A stretch of DNA of 64,000 bases from Anthoceros angustus (lineage: Eukaryota > Plantae > Anthocerotophyta): the NCBI GenBank assembly GCA_010909165.1, contig MU008153.1, positions 930,001 through 994,000 on the forward strand, in the 5' to 3' direction. Below are positions 35,891-47,199 of the stretch, in pieces. The number at the start of each line of letters is the position of its first letter. Position 1 is the stretch's first letter. Under the pieces are notes generated by a model. It saw only the letters and a list, made by a program, of their open reading frames with translations, did not search any database and was not told the origin of the DNA. A program made the translations under genes and the position numbers.

Positions 35891-37621
35891 GGGCTGGTTT
35901 CCATGGGCAAGTTTTCATCAACTTCAACTTCTCACATGACTATATGTATACATTACGACAAAAACAAAGCGGGTTTGGGGGATCGGAAGTTTCAACAAAC
36001 TCCCACGATGATTGGAGACGAGCGGGTCTAGCGAGTTTTCACAGGCGATGCAGAAGCCACGGTGTCACGTTACGATTTTCCCCGGTCTCCCAAGCGCAGG
36101 CTTGCAACACGGGCAATTGCAAGAACAAGGGTGCTGGAAAAGGGCGGGAGGCAAGTGTGCAATCGATCAGGAAGGCAGCCACTTGGGCAAGAAGGGAAAG
36201 TAAGGGTACGAGCTGAAGCAACGGTGATGGCTGAAGGCTTGGGGCAGCCATCTCAAAGATGCAGCTTGCCATTAAGTGCTGTGCCTTTGAGTTCTTTGCT
36301 TTCCAATTTTTCCATAAGTTCTGCATTGCCTCTGGCTTTGATCCCGCCTTTGAGTTATCCAGAGAAGAAGGCTCACAAATTGCCCCCTAGCTTTGAGCAC
36401 AGCTTGTTTATAGCAATTGAATTGTGGTTTACCGATTCACAAGCCGCTGCCCTAGACTTTGCGCACTTGGGTGACACCAGCACCATGCCACCAGGTACTA
36501 CCTTTTGCTTGCTCGTCCTAATTACATTGATGAAAATTCAGATGAAGCTCATGACTTGCTGGCTTCTAATGTGTACGATTTTTGCAGACACACCTAATTC
36601 TTCAAGAGAGGCCTCACCTAGTGCTGCCCCTCTAGAACGTAGTGAGGATGCAGATACTGTAATCATGATTACGATCGAAGTAATCAGTTACCATTTCCCG
36701 GGACATGAGCTCCATTTTGATGTGTGTTACGTCAATTGCACCACAATTGTTGACTAATCCTTGATGCCTTTCAAATTCTGCCTTGCAGGTAGCTAGAGCT
36801 TCTCGTTGTGGCCAAGCATTGTAGTGTCTCCCTCTTCTGATCATGGCTCTTATGAATCGCCACACAATTTCGAAGCTGTAGATTTAGCTACACCAAAGAG
36901 TTCCCCAATGGACTTGAGAGTATCCCCTGCAGCAAGTCTTCTGATTGTTAGATCCACAGCCACCAAGCTACACACATACTCAAATGTGGCAGGTGTCATT
37001 CTAAAAAACTCTCTGAAACGCTCAAGATCAGCTGTCCATGTTGCTTCCTTAAAAAAGGACCACCAAGCCAAACTCTTGTTCTTGATATGTTGGTCACTAG
37101 GAGTACGTCGCTTGCGTGAAAGACCTGAAATGTGAGTGGAAGCAAGAATGAACATCATGGAATAAACTGTGGTATGTGCACCTTCCTTAGCATTCAGTTG
37201 CCCTATTTGCCTGCATGAAGGAAGCCGTTTAGGTTGACGGTGAAGATAATTTATTATAGCAGGCAATGCAATTCTTTGACAGACGAACACGGCTTTTATT
37301 CTTATCATGGCCACACATAGAATCAATGTCCTGAGCGGCCGCGCGCTGAGCTACATCACGGGCTTCCATCGACGGGCGCTCAAAGTGAAGAATAAGCAAT
37401 CGCACTCAAGTGACTTGCATGAGTGCAGAGCTTGGGACGAAAGCCGGACTCACATGAGCATTGAGTGGCCAGTCGCTTTCGAGTGATGAGTAGCCGGTGA
37501 AGGTCCTTTTTTTTACGGAAGGAATGCACATAGCGAAGCCATGGAAAGTGGCAATACCGTTCCGGTCCAATTGCAAGTTGAAAAAGCCGCCGTAAATATC
37601 GGCCCTCATGGAAACCAGCCC
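35891..37621 (-). mobile_element. PIF/Harbinger DNA transposon, internally deleted
   Basis: Perfect 15-bp TIRs GGGCTGGTTTCCATG / CATGGAAACCAGCCC with TAA on both flanks; HARBI1/DDE_Tnp_4 remnants FREFFRMTPATFEYVC, LAAGDTLKSIGELFGVAKSTAS, CGAIDVTHI, YFDRNHDYSI. Confidence 0.95.
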
Positions 37622-37843
37622 TAAACCCTGAACCCTTATCATAACTCCAGCACTCTATTTCATCAGTGGTGTTGGCATGAGATATCTGTCTTGGGAAGTG
37701 ACGACATTAATGAAGTACGTAATCCCCACACATGCTCGTTTCACCATTTTGGTCCTCTTAGGGGAAGCACCATTGCAGCTGTGAAGTCCAAGCTTGAAGG
37801 CCTAATAAGAGCGCGGCACACGGACACTAATCATGGCGGATGC

Positions 37844-40800
37844 TGTGGAACGCAAAAGTTTGGGCAACCAGCCCAAAAGAGCCCGAAGACGAACAAGTTT
37901 GATTTTTTGGCTAAGCGATTGAAGAGGATCATGCCAGAAAATTTTTGAGAATCTTGAAGCTGAGTTGTAGGATATTGTTAGGAAGGCGAAGAGGATATCC
38001 CAGAAGAAGAAGCGTCGAAACGACCCCGGACGAGCGGGAGGGCGGTCAGAAGGTTGGTGGTGGCGAGACTACGTGGCTGCCACACTCACCGGTGGGAAAG
38101 AAAGCATCGGTGGTGGCGGACTACCGTGGTAGCGATCTCGGCTAAAAGGAAATTAGAATAGGGGATATCCACTATATATGCTCACCAATAGGGAATAAAT
38201 ATAGGTAATTAGAAGGTGATTAATTTGAGGCGGATAGGAAGAAAATAGGTAATTTAGATAGAATTGGATTTTGGAATGATGAACCAATCTAGGGTTGGGA
38301 ACTCTCTGGGTGGCGACATCCAAAGAGGGCAAAGTGCAATTTGGCGCCAACTTCCTTCGAACCAACCACTTCGCGACCGGAGCCGGAGTAACCACAAGGA
38401 GAAGGAAGGAAGGAGGAAGAAGTGGTACCGCCGCCATGTGTTGCTGTAGCCATCCACGCCAAGAGGAGCGGTCCATGGCGAAGAGGAAGCCCTAACCAGC
38501 GTGGAGGCGAGAGAGAAACACACCCAGAAGCAACCAAGCAGTGGGAAGTCTTCTCCGTGCTGTGTGGCTCGCCCAAGCCGAAAATTTGGCAGGCGAGGCA
38601 AACTGAGGAGGCCCCAGTCAGGCTGCCGGCGTGAAGGCGGGAAGTCGGAAGCGGAAGAGCTCCACGGCAATTTCGGCAAAGCCGCCATGCACTGGGAGGA
38701 GAAATCGCGAAGGAGAAATTGCACTGTGGTTCGATTGGCTAACGGTACTTGTGCCTCGGGTTGGGTGTTGCTCCTAGTGACAAGGAAGGAGTGCTTGGAG
38801 TGAAGCTTTGAGCACAACGCTTGGAATTGGTACTTCTCTGAAGTAAGGAAGGTGCCATGCGCCGGAAAGGCAAGGGAAGGAGCCGCCAGGCTCTTCCTCG
38901 CGAGGAGGAAAGGAAGAAGGCGGCCGCGCCGAGAGGTGAGCTTGTAATGCCCCAATTCACTTGCTTTTGGCGGCTCAACCCCGGATTTGGTTGATTTTCG
39001 GTGGGCGAGGAGGAACATCCAATTGGATGGGTGTATGGCCAATGGGCCTACACCAATTTGGAATTGATTGAGGAGTGTTACATCAACCTCCATCAATCGG
39101 GCGCCCTTGCACTAGGAAGGAATGCTCGGATCCGCGTTCTTGGGCATCCGGAAGTGTATGGAAGGCCAGGAGGAAAGCTCGGGTGCTCTCCTCGAAAGGT
39201 CGAATGGAGGGAAGAGGGCGGCCTCCATATGTTCCTTGACATGATGGATGGAGGAGTGAAGGCCCACGCCAAGAATGGCCGGAAGACCGAGAGCATCAAG
39301 GAGGAAGTGGAGGCTCTTCGCAAAGATTGTCTGGGGTTGGTGAATTAACGCACTTCTTACCAACTTCCTCCAATTTTGTGGAAGATTTCCATGGGGAAGC
39401 CGGATTGGGGACTATCATGTATGAGGCCTACATCCACCATCGAGAGCTCCTCAAGCCAAATTCGGTGGATGAGGAAGGGCCAAGGCCACCTACCTTAGCA
39501 CCTATTTGGTGCATTTATGGGAAAGCAGGGACTTCTCACAAGCAAGGAGCTTGAAGATGCATGGCATCCCTTTGAGGTCATCCATCTCCACCGAGGTTGG
39601 AAAGGCCTTTGCCTTTTGCATTGCGGGCGGTGGGAGGTCGGACCTCCACAAACATGCTAGAAGCAAGAGGAGAAGGTCGGAGGCAACAAGGTTGCGGAGT
39701 GGGAATCCTTTCCCCACGAGCAAGGAAGAGAGCAAGGAGGAAGGCCGAATGGTGTCTATGAGAGAAGGACCACGGGAGGGTGGCGGCCAGGGTGGGAGTC
39801 CCCACCATCTCCTTTGTGCCTACGAGAGAGGCACCCCGGGACTACCGGTAGGAGGCGGTCTACCAAGGGGTGGCACCCCACTAGGCGCACCTACCATGGT
39901 AGGTAGGCGGACTACCGTGGTGGCGGACTACAGTGGCGGGCACCCTCGCCAGCAAGCCCTCTGGCGGGGAAGGAAGGAGAAGCGGCAGTGCGCCGCCACC
40001 ATCTCCAGCGGTGGGAGGCGGATGGAGCGGTGAAGGGACCGCCCGCGTGGCCGAGTGCGGAGGCTGGAAATTTCCAGCAGAAGCAGGAGGTGGAATTAGG
40101 ACCCCTAGGAGTTCTTTGGGTGAAGCACTCGGAGCGTGGGTTGAAGGCTAGGGACCTAGCAGCCTCCTTGTGGGCATGCCAAGAGGAAGTGAAATCTCAA
40201 GACATGGCGGAAGAAGGCGGGGACTAAGTGGCAATTGGAAGCCATGGAGTCCGATGGCAGCCAAGTTGGAAAAGGGCATGGAGAAGCTCCAGTAGCGACC
40301 TCATAGAAACAGCGCGAGAGAAACACGGAGGGAAGTTGTCACTGGTGAAGAAAGAGCCATTCGGGCAACAACCCAAAAGGATTCTTGGAGGCAAAAGGCG
40401 GAAGAGCATTTTGCCCAAGAGCAAGAAAGGAAAGCAAGGTGAGGCACTAGGAAGGAGAAGCGGCCACGAGTGCGCCGAAACCATCTCCAGCTGGGTGGGA
40501 GGCGGATGGAGCGGCAGTGAAGGGCCCGCCATTCGTGAGGGAGATTTCCAGGTGAAGCAGGAGGGTGGAATTAGGACCCCTAGGGATTCTTTGGGTGCTT
40601 GTGCACTCAGTGTGGATTTGAAGGCTAGGGACCTAGCAGCCTCCTTGTGGGCATGCCAAGAGGAAGTGAAATCTCAAGACATGGCGGGGAAGGCGGGGAC
40701 TAAGTGGCAATTGGAAGCCATGGAGTCGATGAAAAGGCAGCCAAGTTGGAAAAGGTGGAAGCTCAGTAGCGACCTCATAGAAACAGCGCGGAGAAAGCCA

Positions 40801-43800
40801 CGGAGGGAAGTTGTCTGGTGAAGAAAGAGCCATTCGGGCAACAACCCAAAAGGATTCTTGGAGGCAAAAGGCGGAAGAGCATTTTGCCCAAGAGCAAGAA
40901 GGAAAGCAAGTGAGGCACTAGGAAGGAGAAGCGGGCAACTCGGCAAGTGGCCGCATGAGCGGTGATGGCTACTCAAGCTATCAAAATCCGGGATATGGGA
41001 GAGGAGTTGAGAAGGACCGGTACAATTTGGAAGAGGAGGCCAAGCCTGGGAGGGGCTGGGAGCGAAGAATGCTTGGCAAGCGGAGAAGAGGGGCTTGCTC
41101 AAGAATTAGCGACTGGAACAAAGGAGGTCTCGGGAGGAGGCGCCACAAGAAGGTGGTGCATGATCTTGGTAGTGAGGAAGCGATTTTGGGCTATGCCCTT
41201 GAGCAAAATTGCCCGGCTAAAGGAGGAGGAGAATGTAACCCTCCATGTGAAGGTGGGAGAATTAACCACCGCAAGAGATGCCTACAAGGTAGGTGCGAGG
41301 ATGGAGAGTGGCCCACGAGTTGATGATCTCCAAATGCATTCACAACTTGGGGCTCACCTCCACACAGATCTTGAAGGCCAACAATGAAGTCTTACGGTTG
41401 GCCAAAAGGAGGACATTGGGTCCTCATGATGATGATGGGAAGGGGCAGCAAGTGCGGCGGAGGCCTCCGATTTTGATGAGGCCATCGGTGAAATGGACTC
41501 AGGAATCGAGGAGTCGAGGAGGTGAAGGAGCCATGCGACACGGGATCGGGAGGCAGGCGCGGAGAGGAGGAGGGACAGCCCGCCTCGCGGTCACCCTACC
41601 TCGGTGGGTGACCACCCTAGATGTCTGCCGGACTACGTGGCGACCACACTCGCCCGGTGAGTCGCGGACCGGGGTGCAGCCAGCAGACGCAGGGCTGTTG
41701 AGTTGGGCCCGAGGCGAAGATGAAGCCGGGGTGCGGCAATATACCCCTAGAGAGGGGTGGTGGGAGACAACCCCGAGGAAGGGAGGTCCAGGCCGTCGGA
41801 GGGCAGGAAGGGTGAGGAATCCCTTATCCCACAGTAAGGGAGGAACCGGACCCGAGGAGGAGTCCAACGAAAGGGCCGGAGAGATTAGGGAAGAGGATCC
41901 GCATGGTGGGCGGATGGGGATGAAGGGTGCTCTATGATAGGTATGGACAAATCAAGCAGAGGAAAGGAGCCGGAGATTCCAACCCCAAGAGGCGGCAGAT
42001 GGAGAAAGAAGGAAAAGGTGGACTACCATGGTAGGTAGTCACCTACCGATTCTGCGGACTACAGCGGTGATCAGCGATGAGCAGGACCGGTGGGCGGAGA
42101 AAAGGCGCCTGAGGAGCGGGAGGCGCGATTCTTGGGACGGAGGAATCAGGCGCCGCCCGAGATGGAGGAAGGGGCAGATTGTACTTGCCCCACATTAGGA
42201 AGATGACAAAATGGGAAGGGCAAGAGCAAAAGGAGGCGAGGCCAATCCACAGCAGACCACCCCAACCCAGGTGAAGACTGGATGTGGTCAAGGACCATAA
42301 ATGCTAGATAGAAGAATAGAAAGGACAGGTGATGTAACCTGACATCCTTCAAGGATAGACTTAGGTGAAGTTACTAGAATAGAATTTACCAAGGATCAGA
42401 CAATAGACTTAGGTGCCAGACATTAAATGCTGGCGGTAGGAAATAATAGAAAATTGGAAAAGGTGACCTGCAGTAGGGTCACCCAAGGGAGGTTGTATGT
42501 GGAAGGCCTCCTATAAAAGGAGGAGGATTTCACAAAGTAAAGTATCACGTCTTGCGCTGATGAGAATCTGTAGCTCTTAGATTAGAAGAAGAAGAAACAA
42601 TGTAAGTGATTAATGAGTAAAGTACAAGCCTTTAAATAGGCTGGGTAGTTGGGTGGTTACAACCATAAGTGGTTGCAACCATAAGTAGTTGCAAGTAAGT
42701 TGTTGTAACCAATATAACTAATATAACTACTAACTACCTAAATAACCCTAGGTAAATAATAATGTTTAAGTTATGAGGCCCTAATGAATAGTGCCCTAAT
42801 CTAGACCTATTTCATCACTCCCACTCACTATGAATATAGGGGTGAAGTCTAGCCTTTAAAATGAGGCCTAAATGTTAAATAGGCTCCCACTAAACCTAAA
42901 GTTATCCGCTTAAGAAAAGGTCTTAAAAACTTAAGCATCTAACATATAATCAAGTCATAAATAAGGACTTAATATAGGCATAAAGAAAATGGAAAAACAA
43001 AATAGACGGGCCACAAAATGGCCTATAAATAAAAGCCAAAACAGATAGGCCCATTTGGGCCTATAAATAAGCAACGGCCCCTCTCGCGCCTGTGAGCGGG
43101 TAGGGGCGGTTCTGGCGTTAGCCGCCGCGCCTTCCGGATTTCTGACGGAGACAAAACCGTCTTCTCCCCGCGCCGGCTCCGCGCACCTCGGGTGCCTCAA
43201 TCCTCGAGATCTGCGCCTCGATCTCGATCGGTGGGCGCCATCCGACCGCGCGCCATCCACTCGCGCCATCCATCGCGCCATCGACCTCGCGCCATCATAC
43301 CGGATCCGATGCCGATCCATCACTCCAAAATTTCGCACCGATGATCTGATCCAGCGATCAAATCGCCGTCGCTAACTGTTGCCAAGATCGGTGAGAAAAT
43401 AGCGAAAATTTGGCGAGAATCCAGCCGTGCCGTCGCGCATAAGGTGCTCGAATCAAATTTTGAAATATTTGCTGGATTTATATGCTGGAAATAGCTGAAA
43501 TAAATTGCTGAAAATTGCTAAATAAATTGCTGGAGTTTTGATAAATATCTGATTGATTGGAGTGGAGGGTCGTACTCGTGAGGCAGAAACATGGGTCGAT
43601 AAAATCAAACAAGCACTTGGCGGAAGGAGGATACTTGCGGAAGAAAGAAAGAAGGAAAACGTGCAGCCCGTGCACCACTTGTACCGGATGAAGTTGTACC
43701 GACATTATCGGATCTTGGGAGGAACCGGATGACCCAAACTTGATCGAATTTCTTGCAGTGCGTCCTATTGCAAGAGTGATGACATACCGATGAAGAGGAT

Positions 43801-46800
43801 GATATCCACGGTGTGCGGGCGCTCATGGAAAAATCCAAGGTCGTTGTGAGAGAAGTCAAAGTTGGTAAGTCAATAAATTGCAAAATAAATTGCATAAAAA
43901 TTTTGAGTGCATAAATGCTAATAAATATGGATGTAGATAATCCGATAAAAGCATCACCAATCGAGGCCGAATATGATGACTTCAAAATGAATGAAGATTC
44001 GGAAGAGTCGAGGACTCTATAAAACCAAGAGACCTCAAGCTATTTGTGAGGGTAGCCCAAGCTGGAGATCACATCCTTGTGTAAATGGCGCATAGAGGAT
44101 GTAATAGCAGCAATGAGAAGAGCCAAGGAGTGAGTAGGAAAGATGATACCAAAAACCGTAAACTAAACTAACATTTTCCTAATAATATCTACCTATTTTG
44201 CGGTGTAGATAAGAGTGTGGGCACAAGCCATGTGAGATTTGCCCTACCTCTACGACCTACTCAGAGAGAGCAAGTGCAAAAGGAAAATTCCTAGTTCCTA
44301 CACCTGAAACTTATGCAAGGCAACCTACTTGGTTCTTCCGGGAGGAAAGGATGACCATGAAGTTCCCATGGAGTATGTATGTGAAAAGAGAGGGATTAAG
44401 ATGGTGTGGTTAAGTGCTTCCCCATGTGAAAAATATGAAGGACACACCAAACACTTGTACAGTAAGTAACCTAACGACTTAAGTACTATCTTTTCATCAT
44501 TTTCACTTTATAACCAATGGTGTGTATTGTAGGATCCTTCCGGGTATTAGAAAGAGAGGATAAGCGATGCGGGAGGACTACATAGAGTTAGGAGAGGAAA
44601 TTTCTATGCTAGACAAGATGTGTGGACTATAGAAAATACATTGACACATACTAGCTAGGTGACTTAAACCTCTTGAATACCTAACATTTTCATGTGTCTT
44701 AAATGCAAATCTCTCCCTAATGACTTAGTTAACAAATCAAATGGATTGTTTTGTGTTGGTATATAAGTGATATCTATAGTGTTATCTTCCAACTTCTCTA
44801 CGATATAGTGATACTCAACACTATGTGTTTGGTTGGAATGGAAAAGGTTTCTAGCAAGTGCTATGGCTCGACTATCACTAAAAGAGATGTTGGGTTTCTT
44901 GAGGGTGATTAAGTTCACTCAAAATTAGCCTAGACCATACTATATCCTTGGAAATAGATGTTAGTACTCTATATTGATTGATTAGGCAAATGCAAAGGCT
45001 GTTTCTTACTCGACCATGATATTGGAGCTCCTCCAAGAAGTAAAACATAACGATACGGATTTTTGAGTATCGGGATCACCATAATAAGATCGGCATATGC
45101 CGTAAGTGTTAATGTTTTGATTGCTGGTGTATGCTTAAATGTCACCTGTTTGCATAGTCCCTTTAAGGTATCGAAAAATACGCTTAACGACATCCGTTGA
45201 TGTCGGGGTTCTCCAAAAGCGTGAGTGAACCGACTTCAAAAGAAATATCGTGTCTAGTAAAATTGCTTAAATATGAGTGAAGACGTCGATATGGGACGGA
45301 TGCCATCTCCATTTTCTCTTGAGCACTCTTAGGACTCATATCGAGTAAGCCATGCCACTAGCAAAGGTGTGGGTGCGCTTTGCATCTTCCATTCCAAATT
45401 TTGCTAAACTCTCCTTTATATACTTGGTTTGAACTATGCTCACTTTTTATTACTCCTATCGCGGATAATATTTACACCAAGTGCATAATTCATTTCTCCT
45501 GTCGGTCATTTCATATAATGTCCGAAGCCATGCTTTTATCTCAGCAAGGAGAATAAGAGAGTTTGTTGCCATAAAGACGTCATCGACGTATAATAGAAGG
45601 TAAAATATATCATTTCCCTTGAGGTAAATATATAAGCAAGCATCGCCTTTACTTTGCTTAAATCCCTTATTCGAGAGTTGTATATGGATGGTCAAGTTCC
45701 AATTTTTGCCGGATTGCTTGAGTCCATATAGACCCTTGATCAATTTACATACTAAATGCTCCTTGCCTTTACTTCATAACCCTCGGGTTGCTTCATGTAT
45801 ATTTCTTCTTTCAAGCGCCCATACAAATATGTCTGTCTTCACATCCATCATATGAAGTTCAAGATCGTCTTGGGCACATATAGCGAAGATCATGCGAAGA
45901 GTGGCAAACTTGGCTACTGAGCATAAGTGGCCCAAGGTATATAGTCTAGTCCGATTTGGGTAAAACCTCTAGCAACTAGGCGTGCTTTATACCTTTCCGG
46001 ATCCATCTCCTTTTCTCTTTATCTTAAATACCCATTTGCTGGTTACTATTTTTCTACCCTTAGGAGGTTCAACTAATTCCCATGTAGAATTACTAATGAG
46101 GGAATTATACTCGAATCTACTGACTTCCTTCCATAGATGTTTGGAGGAGAAGAGAAGGCTTGTTTTAGGGTAAGAGGCTCTTCTAAGTCTCAGTGGCTGC
46201 ATACACAGCTTGATTATAAAGGGACTCGGAGAATTAGAATCGGGAAAAATAGCAAGGTATCCCAAAGGGGTTCTTTCCAAGGCGAGGAGCCAATCCACCA
46301 CGGACGTCCCTACCCGGTGAAGACTAGATATGGTCAAGGGCCATAAATGCTAGGTAGAAGAATAGGAAGGACGGTGATGTAATCGACATCCATCCTTGAG
46401 GATAGACTTAGGTGAAGTTGCTAGAATAGGATTTACCAAGCAGACAATAGACTTAGGTGCGGACATTAAATCTTGGCGGTAGGAAATAATAGAATATTGG
46501 AAAAGGTGACTGCGGTGGGGTCACCAAGGGAGGTGTATGTGGAAGGCCTCCTATAAGAGGAGGAGGTTTCCACAAAGTAAAGTATCATGTCTTGCGCTTC
46601 CACGCTCATCGAGTCCTTTGCCATTGAGGAGGAATTTTCTTCGTGTGAGCCAACGTGTCTGCAGTAGAGAGGAAGTCGCGGTGGTCGAGTGCTTGGTGGA
46701 GGACTTGCTCATTGCAAGTGCTAAGTTGCTCCCCTTGTGAATGGTTCTTTGTGAAATTGCTTTGCTTTGGGTGTGTGGCAAATGCCAGAACTCTCGGCTT

Positions 46801-46945
46801 GAGGGTAGACTACGAGGAAAGACTCCTGGAGGTTCTCTGCAGTGTCAAACTCATAGCCGGCCCAAGGAAGAACTTCTTGGTGGAGGCGGACTCAGCAGTT
46901 GCGTAAGGCAGTCGAAACCAAGAAGCCCGAATCGAGGTTAGAATA
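37844..46945 (+). mobile_element. Long LTR (copy 1) of an Athila-like Ty3/gypsy element, interrupted by a copia at 42558 and lacking its 3' end
   Basis: Starts TGTGGAACGCAAAAGTTTGGGCAACCAGCCC and is colinear with 50921 onward; resumes at ~46281 after the copia; internal ~476-bp tandem duplication at ~39990-40930. Confidence 0.85.
42558..46260 (-). mobile_element. 5'-truncated Ty1/copia element nested in the gypsy LTR: RT, RNase H, ~1.8-kb extra region, PPT and 260-bp 3' LTR (42558-42817)
   Basis: TWELVEPPKGRKIVTSKWVFKIK, KGLYGLKQSGKNW, LLLYVDDV, GGAPISWSSKKQ, YIPTQNNPFDLLTKSL; LTR termini TGATGAGAAT...ATTTCATCA; minus-strand purine tract GTGAGTGGGAG at 42818-42828. Confidence 0.9.
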
Positions 46946-47199
46946 AGGTCGGAGGTCGAGTGTCCAGAAGCGGGAGAAACCTTGTCGGATAAGATCTCCG
47001 GTTCGACGCATTACTTGACCGCGAATTTGTGGTCGATAGGAGTTGCTTACGTGAGTCCGAGATCCCATAAAATTGTGAAGGAGGCGATCGGAATCCACAG
47101 GCGGTAGGAGGAGAAAGCGGCGAGGCGGAGGTAAATGTGGTCGAACTCATTGATTTGGGGGCACCGAGATTGAGGTTGAGATTGCGGGTGTTTGGTGCC

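Noticed and set aside
37619-37638. Telomere-like ccctaaaccctgaaccct (also ttaggggttaggg near 17210)
   Set aside because: Only two to three degenerate units, partly formed by the TIR and TSD; not an interstitial telomeric array.
38254-39096. 280-aa minus-strand ORF in the LTR
   Set aside because: Not preserved in the second LTR copy; the conserved coding-like signal is on the plus strand.
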